Assembly (NCBI GenBank): GCA_016618085.1 | Contig: JABLTG010000029.1 | Location: forward strand, 122,152-142,151 | Origin: Neovahlkampfia damariscottae | Taxonomy: Eukaryota | Direction: 5' to 3' | DNA: 20,000 nucleotides | In this document: piece by piece, positions 10,726 to 20,000 of the stretch | How positions within the stretch are numbered: the stretch's first letter is position 1 | Layout: each line of letters opens with the position of its first letter | Notes under the pieces: generated by a model | Told to the model about the DNA's origin: nothing | What the model saw: the letters and a program-made list of their open reading frames with translations, nothing else | Databases searched by the model: none | Program-made: the position numbers and the translations under genes

Positions 10726-12228
10726 TTATTCATAAAGGTTACCTTCAACTCTTGCTCCTGCAATTTGAGCAATCAAATTTCCTTTTGTTGAACCTTTTAA
10801 TAATAAATTATCATTTTGATTCAAAGAATTAAATATTTTCACTTTGTTAACATTTTCATCATGTTCTCTTTTCATTTTGAGTTTTTTATTTGCTTTTTCT
10901 TCAGCATCAGCTTTTAATTTCAATGCTTTTGCTTTTAAACTTGCAACTTCTAAACCAGCTTTACTTTTTTCATTTGATTCAAAAGCAGTAGCAGAAACGA
11001 GTAATTCATCACATTTAGCTTTACCTGACGCAACAGCTTCTAATAAAATATTTTTTTTTTTTGCTTGAAGTTTTTGAGCATATTCTTGTGATTCTTCTTT
11101 GACAAGTTGAATCATTCTTTTACTTTCAGATTCAATTTCAGCAACTCTTTGATTGGTTCTACCTAAAATTTCGTCCATTTGTTTTGACACCAATTGAACT
11201 TTTTGTTTTTGTTCTTCTGTAACTTTTAAACGATGATTTTGATGTTCCAAATTCAATTTTTGAAGTTGCTCACGATGTTGTGTTTTTATCAAATCAAATT
11301 CTTGTTTTCTTTTTTGGTATCTTTGTTCTGTTGCGAATGTTGTTTCATTTTCAAGAGCAGAAGCAATATTTTCAGGTAAAGTAACATCAGTAACCATCAT
11401 TTCAAACACTTCAACACCATAAGGTTCTCTAAATTTTTCATCTAATTCTTTAATAATACTATCTTCATCCAACATCATTAAATCTTGAGCAAGTCAAAAA
11501 AAAAAAAATTAAAAATTACCATAAATAGAATTTGCTTTTGTTGATTGAGCAAGATTTCTAACAGCTTCTTCTTGAGCATTTTTCAATAATTCACCTAATT
11601 TTTCAGGTCCAATATTAATCATAAATTTATAAGGATCTATAATTCTGAACATCATAAATACATCAATTTGAACAAAAACCTAAACGTAAAGGTGAAACAA
11701 AATTTTTTGGTTACATTGTCTGCGGATTGTTTTAATTTTTAGTTTTTACTCACCTTTAGTAGGACAATTTTTCACTGGTATATCAAACTGAGTGTACTTG
11801 TTGAGGAAAAATGTTAAAAAAAAATTTTTTTTTTTTTACTTGTTTTGTGATGAGGTATTCAACTCTATCAAAAAGACCCATCATGTGGAATCCTGGTTTC
11901 ATAGGTTTTGAGTCTACCACTGTTGATTTTGATTTTAAGGCAAAAACTCCACTGAAGAAAAGTTAGTTTTAAAAAAATAAAAAACTCTGGAATAACTACA
12001 TATGGAAAGCCAGCTATTATTTTTTAGTTTTAAATTCTCATTTTTTACCTTAAGTTTTAATTTTATATAAAAAAGTTTTTTTACCTTTTCTTGGAAGACA
12101 AACAATGGGAAGTTGTGTTCCATAAGTGTATTCTCCAAACTTTGGGTTTTAATTTTGTTTTTGTGTTGAGTTACCTTTGGAAGACAATCTGCTGGTGTTT
12201 CAACACCTAATCTCACAAGTTGAGTCAT
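10726..12228 (-). CDS. SPFH/band-7 (stomatin/prohibitin/flotillin) domain protein with long C-terminal coiled coil
   Basis: ATG 12228; introns 12140-12174, 12014-12084 (apparently two abutting introns), 11952-11985, 11797-11839, 11720-11753, 11680-11714, 11484-11519. Product includes YVVIPDG...PGFH...DIPVKNCPTKDNVFVQID...FRIIDP...EAVRNLA...YGVEVFEMMVTDVTLP. Confidence 0.88.
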
Positions 12229-12372
12229 TGACCAATAATATTGAAGGACTACCTTTTGGATTCTAAAATTATTCCAACGTTTTCCTTGAATTCTATTTTT
12301 TCTAAAATAACGAATTATTGTTAAAAATGTGTTCAAAATGTCTGCTGTTTTTAAACCAATCACAACACTTTC

Positions 12373-14245
12373 ATGAACAAAAAACCAAAACAAACCAACA
12401 CTGATAAAATTGTTTTGGAAGAATCTGATTCTGTTGCCAAATCACTCAGATCATTAAAAAATAAATCAAAAAAACTAAAAAAACGTGAAGAAGAAATCAA
12501 ACAAGAGTTACAATTTTCCGCAAATAACAAAGAATTTACAAAACATTTATCTGATATAAAATCTAGTTTAGAAACTATAGAACAATGTATTTCAACATTA
12601 GAAACCATTCAAAATGACAAAGAAGACACTCAAACCAATGTAAAAAAAAAAAAAAAATTCTTATATGAAAAACAAAGGTTCTGGAAGAGAATAAAACCTT
12701 AAAAGAAGAAAACATTCAAATAAAAAAAGAAAAGACAGATATTGAAAAATCCCTCAAAGAATCAATCAGAGAACTTAATTCCGAAATTAAAAAATTAAAA
12801 TCAGACAATAAAACATTAGAATCAAAAAATGAACATTTAAAAAAATTAAATCAATCTATTTTAGATAAAGAATCAAAATCTTCAAAAAGATTTCAAGATA
12901 ATGAAATTGCGAATTCAAAATTCCGAAAAGAGAACCAATCATTGATTGAAGAAGTTTCATTGAAAAGAGTAGAATTAGAAAGTATTGAATCAATTCATCA
13001 AAAAAAAATATATGAAATAAATCAATCAAATGAAGGATATAAACAACAAATATCAAGACAAATTCATATGATGCAACAACAAATTGATCAACATAATAAT
13101 ACAGCCTTTAAAAATGCTCAATTATTGGAAAATACAAAACTTTTATTAAATTCAAAAGAAGAATCATTGATTAATTTGAAAAATGAAATGGATCAATTGA
13201 AAGATCAAAATGATAAAAATTCAAAAGAGTTTTTTAAAAAAGTTAAAGAAAATGAATTTCTATTGAAGGAAATTTCATCATTGAAAGAAAAAATTCATGT
13301 TTTAAATTTGGAAAAAGAACAAATCAAATTTGAAGAAGAATTTATTGATACAACAAAATCAAAAAATGAAATTGAAGAAATTGTAAAGGTTATTCAAATT
13401 GTAAACTTTTTTGATTTATCGAAACCTGATGGTTTAGATATTAGAAAAATGTTCTTGTCTGATCAATTTAATAAAATGAACCAAGGAATTCATTGTTTAG
13501 TAAATCGAAAAATTAAAATATTCATTTTTTTAAATAGATTACAAAATTTGAAGATTTTTACGTTTTTGATCATTTTTGTCAATCATTGGTTGGTTTGTTC
13601 GACTCAAAATATGAAGAAAAATTGACTATTGGAAAAATAATGATTCAAAAATTATTATCAAAAAGTAATGATGAATGTATTTTTGGAATTACATTCAAAA
13701 AACTTTCAGAAATTATTTTTGAATTATCAACTTCCTCAATTTTTCTTTATCAAAAAACATTAGTACCTTATCAAATTGAAGAAGATTTTAATTTACCAAA
13801 AGTAATTCCAAATGAAGAAGCTATTTTAAATTCTCTTTCTTTACGTGATGCTTCACCAAAAACACCTTCATCTGATAATGATTTTGGTGTTTGGAATTAT
13901 AATATTCTCTATGAACAATCAAATCAATTCAAACAACAACAACAAGAAAAACATCAACAAGAAATTCAAAATCAAAAATCAGTTGAAGAATCAATTCAAA
14001 ATCAAAATCAAATCATTCCTGAAGAAACAAGTACTGATAATTCCCAAACTCAAAAAGAAAAATCAAATGATGAAAAACAAGAAAAAACTCGTTGGAGAAA
14101 ACCTTATAATGCCACTGATAATACAAATAATAAATGGGAAAACACAAAAAAAAGAGGATCATCAAATCGTGGAAATAGAGGTGGTAGAGGTGTCAATAGA
14201 GGAAGAGGAACTTCAGATCGTGGTACTTCAAGATTTTTCCAATAA
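12373..14245 (+). CDS. Coiled-coil protein with Q-rich linker and C-terminal RG/RGG tail (putative RNA-binding protein)
   Basis: Introns 12640-12677 and 13500-13537 give one continuous frame. The C-terminus is NRGNRGGRGVNRGRGTSDRG. Confidence 0.75.
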
Positions 14246-14255
14246 ATTTAATTTT

Positions 14256-15052
14256 TTATTTTTCTAATGCTGTACAAAGCCAATCTAAACCTTCTTTCAA
14301 TCCTTCACCTGTTTTTGCACTTGTTTTAAAAATTGACCACTTTTAAGTTTTATTAATTTTACTTCTTTCCTTACTTGTCTGTTTTTAATTTTTGAAAGTC
14401 CAAGTTTTTCTGAAATTTCTTCATGAGTAAGAGCTCCTTCTAAATCTTGTTTATTTGCAAATACTGTTAAAACAGCATCTTTTAATTCTTCTTCTTCCAA
14501 CATTGCAAACAATTCTTCTTTGGAAATTCCAAGACGTTTTGCATCAGTTGAATCCTTTTTAAATATTTTTAAAAGTAGTTTTTATATTACAACAACGTAT
14601 ATAATTGCGTCTGCATTTGCATAATAACAACGCCAGTAAGGCCTTATTGATGTTTGTCCACCCAAGTCCCTGTTTTAGGAAAAAATTAAACAAAGGGGTG
14701 TTGATTTTACCAGACTTGGAATTTGATATTATTATGTTTTATAGTTTCAACATTAAATCCAATTGCTAAAATAAAAAAAGTGAAAAAAAATGAAGAAAAT
14801 ACTTGGAGTAGTTTTGACAACTTCACCGACTTGCAATTGATCTAAAACAATTAATATCTTTTATTTTTTCAAACACAAAATTGTAGTTTTTCCTTTTTTT
14901 TTTTTTTAATTTTTTAAAATTTCGAACCTGCATTATCAAGTCCTAGAATTAGAATTCTGACTTCTTTTTCACCAAACATCTCTCCTAAACGAGAAAAAAT
15001 TGAAAAAAATGATCCTATAAAATTCAGGTCAAAAATCAAAAATCAAACCCAT
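14256..15052 (-). CDS. ARL1: ARF-like small GTPase ARL1
   Basis: Seven introns (15015-15048, 14893-14927, 14842-14874, 14766-14802, 14670-14710, 14555-14590, 14340-14374). Product: MG...[16 protein letters not shown]...PTIGFNVE...[17 protein letters not shown]...FANKQD...[17 protein letters not shown] is characteristic of ARL1. Confidence 0.95.
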
Positions 15053-15117
15053 CCTCTGTTTTTTTACTTCAAGTTGGAAATTTAAAAAATGATTGGTTAG
15101 ATAAAAAATGGTTTTTA

Positions 15118-15708
15118 TTACAAAGAATTTGCTTCTTCATCAACTTCTTGATCATTATAAACTGAATTTATAATATTTAAAAGTGCAACATCGTCATCAG
15201 CTTGAGCTTTATCCAATAATTCTCTTTCTTGTGGCGTCAGAATTTTTTTACGCAGTTGATTCGATTCTTCTTTTTCTATTTCTTCTTCTTCCATGTTATC
15301 TGTTTCTTCCTCTTTTGATTCTGTTGTCTCTGTCACTAATTTTTTTTTTTTTTTTTCTTCGAGTATTCCTAAAGCAAGTTTCTTCAAAAAAAATTAAAAT
15401 TAAAATTAATCTACCATTTCAATATAAGGACCCTCCGTTTCTTCATTTTCTTCATCTATTTTTGATGGTTCTTTTGGTAAATTTTTATTTGCTTCCTCAA
15501 TTTCAGGAATAAAATTTTTTACTCTTTGGAGTACTGTTTAATTTAAAATAAAAATCAATTTCTTACAAGAACTTCTGGGCAATTTCATGGATTTAAAATC
15601 TGGTTTTTTATTCACAACGTTAAAAATTTCAAGTTCTTCTTATTTATTGTTAAAAATTTCTTATTTACCTTTTTGATCATTTATTTCAAGTTTTTGATTT
15701 TGATTCAT
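15118..15708 (-). CDS. NOPCHAP1: NOPCHAP1/C12orf45 (DUF4598)-like protein
   Basis: ATG 15708; introns 15639-15668, 15534-15566, 15382-15414. Motifs SSLLQRVKNFIPEIEEANKNL and GPYIEMKLALGIL, followed by an acidic tail. Confidence 0.75.
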
Positions 15709-15852
15709 CTTTTGTCCAAAACTCTCTGCAACCGAATTTTATAGCGGAGAAAAATAAACCAATGAACTATTTTTCGGTTGAATCTCCAATCAATTTATCG
15801 CACATTATAAAAGCTGATTGGATATTAAATTTTCCATCAACTGCAAAACACA
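15709..15852. promoter_or_regulatory. Compact bidirectional promoter
   Basis: 144 bp between divergent ATGs. It contains CCAAT at 15759 and 15786, ATTGG at 15817, and inverted CAACCGAA (15729) / TTCGGTTG (15773). Confidence 0.65.
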
Positions 15853-17419
15853 ATGACTGAAGAAAAACCTAAATACCCTTCAAAAGTTGTCGAACCAGGT
15901 TCTTTTGAACCAGACAATCACTATTACCCAAAAGTTATCAACGCGAATTTGTCTTATATGGTGGCAAACTTTTTCGACCTCGGAAACGAAAGAATTGCTT
16001 CAAGATACTGTCATTTAAACCCAAGCACAGATAAAAAGAAATTACTTGAAATGTTAGAATACAAACCAAAATTCTTCAAATGGGCTGGAGCAGACTTGTA
16101 ACAACCCTTTTTAATAATTTTTTTCTTTAGGTTCAACGTAGTATCAAACAAAGGAGATAGAAAAATGACTTTAATTGAAACTAATTCATGTCCTTCAGGG
16201 ATGAAATCAATGCCTTTAGTCAATGAATTAGACGAACAAGGAGGTTATCAGTAAGTTGTTTACAATTAAAAAAAAAAAACAGACGTTTAGTGAATCATAC
16301 ATTGAAACCTTACATCCAAGAACAACAAACACTCGGAAATTGTTGTGAAGGTGCTTTAGCTGTGGTTTATGATAAAAATCCAATGGAAGCATGTGGATAT
16401 GCTTGTTGTTTAGCAGACGCTTTTAAAGAAAAAGTTTATACTGTTGAATGGTATCATTATGATAAAAATCCATCTGTTAGAATCAACAAAGATAAAATTA
16501 TGGAAATTCTTGATGATGGAAAATGGATTCCAATTAGAGCTGCTTTTAGATATGTAACTCAAAAACCATGGTCAAGAATTCATTTATCAGGAACAAAAAC
16601 ATTAATTTTTAATCCTATTATTGCTTGTTTAGCTGGTGGTAGAAATAAATTAATTGCTGCAAAAGCTTATGATTTTTTCAACTCAGAAATGCAAATGTAT
16701 GGATTACAAGTTAATTCTCCAAAAACATTTCAAGATGTTGAAAAACCTTTAATTCCACTTTGGATTAAAACTTTAGGTGGAGTTGCAGTTATCAAAAATC
16801 CATATTCCAATGCAGGTCAAGGTGTTTGGACAATTACTTCAAAAGAAGAATTAAAAGAATTTATGGACTTAAAATATGAATATGATCAATTCATCGTCCA
16901 AGATTTAATTGGAAATCGTGAATGGTCATCAGAATCAAAACTTGGAAGATTTTATCATGTTGGAACTGTTCCAGATAAAAAAAACAAAGTAAACTTAAAA
17001 ACCTATTCTCTAACCTTTCTATGAAGATTTATGTTGCTGATTTAAGATTTATGATTCATTATAGTTATACACTTGGTGGATTTTCACCTGTTTCTTTATA
17101 TGCAAGAAGAGCTAAAATACCATTAGAAGAAAAACCACCTAAAAATTCATGGGATGCTCTTGGTACAAATTTAAGTGTTAAAAAAGAAGATGGAACTTGG
17201 GATACTGATACAAAAAGATTAATTATTTGTGCACAAGGTTCATTCAATAAATTAGGACTTGGTACTGATGATTTGATTAATGGTTATATTCAAACTGTTT
17301 TGTCTGTAGTTGCAATTGATAAATTAGCTTGTCAACTTTTTAAAAATGATGAATTTCAATCTGATATTTTTAAATCTTTGAATAAGGATAATAGTTTAAT
17401 TGAAGAAATTTTACTGTAA
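15853..17419 (+). CDS. Uncharacterised circularly permuted ATP-grasp protein
   Basis: Introns 16098-16130, 16251-16282, 16989-17026. WAGADL...IETNSCPSG lies near the N-terminus; [23 protein letters not shown] and ADLRFMI come later. Confidence 0.8.
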
Positions 17420-17510
17420 AATTTTTTTGATAAATAAAAAATTTTTTTTTTCATCCAATCATTTTTTATTTTTTTCTGATTTGTTCATTGAGCTCAATAG
17501 AAAAAGGAAA

Positions 17511-17855
17511 ATGTCTGACGCTCAAAACTCTCAAGAATTGACTTTATTTGTAATTTTATTTGAATATATTTAATGATTAGGTACACAATTTATTAGATCA
17601 AATGGTTTGTATTTCAAATTTTTTATTTTTTTTTTTCGCAAAAAGCAAGGTAGATTTCAAGATATGTCTGATAATATTATTAAACGAAGTAATTTATATT
17701 CATTGTATTTATAATTTTAAAATAGTTGATGAAATGGGTAACAGAATTGACGACTTGGAAAAAAATATTCAAGAAATCATGACTCAAGTAAATTAAAAAA
17801 ATAAAATTAAAAATCTAAGGCTGGAATTGAAGAAGAAGGAGGAAAAAAGGAATAA
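17511..17855 (+). CDS. HSBP1: Heat shock factor binding protein 1
   Basis: Introns 17550-17580, 17605-17645, 17689-17725, 17788-17819 give MSDAQNSQELTLFVHNLLDQMQGRFQDMSDNIIKRIDEMGNRIDDLEKNIQEIMTQAGIEE... Confidence 0.93.
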
Positions 17856-17931
17856 TAAAAATTATAATTTATTCAACCAATAGATTACTTTTTTCAAACC
17901 ATTTCCAACTTACACTTCAAAAGTTGAATAA

Positions 17932-18797
17932 ATGTCAACTGTGAAATTACTTGAAAAAAAAGAAAAAGAAATTTTAAAATTATTAGGAATAACTTTAGAA
18001 GAAGAAATAAAAAAACAAGATTTAAATGAAAATCGACTAGAAACACTAAAAAAACTCTTAAAAAAATTTCATTTTGAATTAGAAATGAAAAATGGAGAAT
18101 TACTTGAAAATTGTGCTTTTATAATAAACTAACTGTTTTAATAGATTTATTACGAAATTATTCTATGCTGCTTTTGTGTCGTTTTGATGATGAAAATTTA
18201 ATCAAAGGAAATTGTCAAAAGAAAGATGATTTAAATTTTTTTGAAAGTATTTTAAATTTAATACAAACACAAAATAATTCTTCTTTTCAAGATTTTAATG
18301 ATTATTCTCAAATGACTTCCAGTATAATTCAAAATTCACATGAAATATTTCAACAAAAACTTGAACTATTTCCAAATGATATTATTTTCAAAAAGGGTTT
18401 TAATGTGCAAGAAGAAATTGTAAATTTAGAAGAAAGTTTGAATAATCAAAAAATTGATTTCAAAAATGTGTCCACAGAAGAATTAAAAGAATTTCTTTTT
18501 TTGATGAAGAAATTCAATGAAATTTATAAAAATAAAGAAAGTGAGAGTATAAAACAAGGGAAATTTAATAAAGAAATTGAAAAAAAATCAAAAAACATCA
18601 TTGAAACAACAAACAAATTAAAATTTGTAAGTTTCTTTTTCCAGCTAATTCATTAGATTGAACAACATCTTGATGATATTTTGAGACAATTCCATGAAGT
18701 TTTGAATGTCAAAACACCAAAAAACCAAATAAATTCAAATTTTTTGTCTGAAATGTCAAAATTAAAAGACCAATTGGATGAATTAAAAAAAAAATAA
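17932..18797 (+). CDS. Hypothetical helical/coiled-coil protein
   Basis: Introns 18113-18144 and 18627-18656 join three exons in frame. CCAAT lies at 17877. Confidence 0.7.
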
Positions 18798-18823
18798 AAT
18801 AATTTAACAAAGTGTTTTATTTT

Positions 18824-19405
18824 TTAGTTTGAAGCACCTGGGACAACTTTTTCATCAAGACTTGTGTAATCTACAGCAACATTTTCAATAGTAGCTTTAA
18901 TTGAGTTTTGTTTGTTTTGATGTTCAGAAATTTTTTTCTTTTGGTAAGCAACAACTAAAGTTGAAAGGAATGTTACAATAACTCCCATTGGTAACATAAA
19001 CATAAAAAATCCTCCGATTGAACCAAAGATAACTAAAAGTACTTTGATGACTGATGGAACTGTAGTTTCAGCAACTGGAACAGCAGCAGGTTCAGCAGCA
19101 AATGTATTTGGAAATGGTTCAGCAGCTACACCTCCTTCTAAAACGTTAGTTTCTTCAAGTGCTCTTGTGGCTTCTGTATTCTCTTGTTTTTCCAAAGCTG
19201 CACGTTCATCCGCTTCTAATTTTCTTTCTTGTGTTGGTTCTTCTGATTCTGTGTTTTCTTCATGGTCAAGAGTTTGTTCTTGATCGTCTTCGAGAAGATG
19301 TTCATCTTCAAGAGCTGGTGTGTCATATTCTAATGAATCTTCGTATGCTGATACGAATGTAAGTGAAATAGCAAGTATAACTAATATCAAGGTTAAATAT
19401 TTCAT
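18824..19405 (-). CDS. Membrane protein: signal peptide, acidic low-complexity ectodomain, long hydrophobic segment, short tail with a YxxL motif
   Basis: Intronless 193-aa ORF. Leader MKYLTLILVILAISLTFVSA; E-rich region; hydrophobic VIKVLLVIFG...TLVVAY segment; tail contains YTSL. Confidence 0.8.
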   Translation of the reverse strand: MKYLTLILVILAISLTFVSAYEDSLEYDTPALEDEHLLEDDQEQTLDHEENTESEEPTQERKLEADERAALEKQENTEATRALEETNVLEGGVAAEPFPNTFAAEPAAVPVAETTVPSVIKVLLVIFGSIGGFFMFMLPMGVIVTFLSTLVVAYQKKKISEHQNKQNSIKATIENVAVDYTSLDEKVVPGASN

Positions 19406-19811
19406 ACTACGTTAGTTGTATGTGTTTGAGAACTTTTATTCAAAGGTAAGTTTGGCCAATGAGATTAGAGACTTTTTTAAATGCCGATTGGTCCATTTAC
19501 CCAAAGTACCATCTAATTGGTTGTCCATTTTCTAACGTTCATTTTGGAGGCTAAAATGTTTTTTTTTATTTGATTTTTCTCATTTCCTTCTGTAATATAA
19601 TTTTGTCTGAATTTGGAATTTGCCCCAATCAATCACAATGAATCTCGGAGAATTTTGTCAAGTCAAACTGAATCGGAATATTTGATTTTTTCGTTACAAA
19701 GTGACCATTCGGAATCGTTTGTGAACTATATATAGATTTTCTAAATTCCGAAAAATTATGAATGGATGGAAAAATCAGAAAAGACGCCAAGAAAACTAAT
19801 AGAGCAGGCTG

Positions 19812-20000
19812 ATGAGCAATAATGATCAATGCAATGAAAAATATATCACCAGTAAAAAAATCAGAGAACAGTAGGAGTTTGTAATTCAACACTCAAACGA
19901 TGGGCAAATGAAGGAAAAATTAGTAGTATCCGAACAATCGGAAACAAAAGGCTCTATGGATGTGATGATATTAGAAGAGTCTTTGGAGTTGAAAGTATTG
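19812..20000 (+). mobile_element. tnpA: IS607-family serine recombinase/transposase N-terminal MerR-like HTH, frameshifted and truncated by the window end
   Basis: ATG 19812 reads MSNNDQCNEKYITSKKIREQ. After a -1 shift at about 19872-19874 it reads GVCNSTLKRWANEGKISSIRTIGNKRLYGCDDIRRVFGVESI, matching the IS607 pattern GVxxxTLxxWxxxGxIxxxRTxGxxRxY. Confidence 0.72.

Noticed and set aside
11935..12393. 152-aa minus-strand ORF as a separate gene
   Set aside because: It is read-through of SPFH exons and introns in mixed frames.
3538..17419. Split ORFs interpreted as frameshifted pseudogenes, an alternative genetic code or a bacterial operon
   Set aside because: The breaks in these genes are resolved by short GT-AG introns that restore conserved motifs under the standard code.
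101..19362. Shadow ORFs (e.g. 101-346, 5681-5917, 9823-10020, 10844-11068, 12360-12608, 13845-14267, 15183-15512, 19044-19362)
   Set aside because: They are antisense or off-frame to well-supported genes and have low-complexity F/L/S/K composition.
19853..19862. Programmed -1 ribosomal frameshift in the IS607-like gene
   Set aside because: The A7 run is not in a proper X XXY YYZ phase, and IREQ(Y)GV fits the HTH better than NQRTVGV. A deletion or sequencing error is more likely.
19629..19892. 87-aa minus-strand ORF
   Set aside because: Non-ATG start with no motifs, and antisense to the IS607-like HTH frame.
1..20000. tRNA, rRNA or telomeric repeats
   Set aside because: None recognisable by eye. 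A covariance-model search would be needed to exclude small ncRNAs.

Overview
Very AT-rich, gene-dense eukaryotic nuclear DNA in the standard genetic code. It is probably from a protist; a heterolobosean/Discoba-like affinity is only an inference. The ORF track is fragmented because most genes carry tiny GT-AG introns: I resolved about 44 by eye, all 28-43 nt. Reconstructed genes are a secreted alpha/beta-hydrolase (TAP-like peptidase), a WD40-like protein, a RimK-family ATP-grasp ligase, a Ca3427/NMT1-like substrate-binding protein, a GPD1 ending in -SKL, a secreted stand-alone PPDK_N (PEP/pyruvate-binding) protein, an SPFH/band-7 protein, a coiled-coil RGG protein, ARL1, a NOPCHAP1-like protein, a circularly permuted ATP-grasp protein, HSBP1 and two unknowns. 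The most notable items are: (1) a frameshifted IS607-type transposase N-terminus at the right edge, missed by the ORF track and a candidate Fanzor2/TnpB element; (2) two back-to-back mini-introns with a zero-length exon, plus a 5-nt microexon, in the SPFH gene; (3) a circularly permuted ATP-grasp enzyme that shares an inverted CAACCGA upstream motif with the RimK gene; (4) an array of CCWGG palindromes at about 7.5-7.66 kb; (5) CCAAT boxes just upstream of nearly every start codon. All gene models and family calls come from manual reading and motif recognition, not from database searches.
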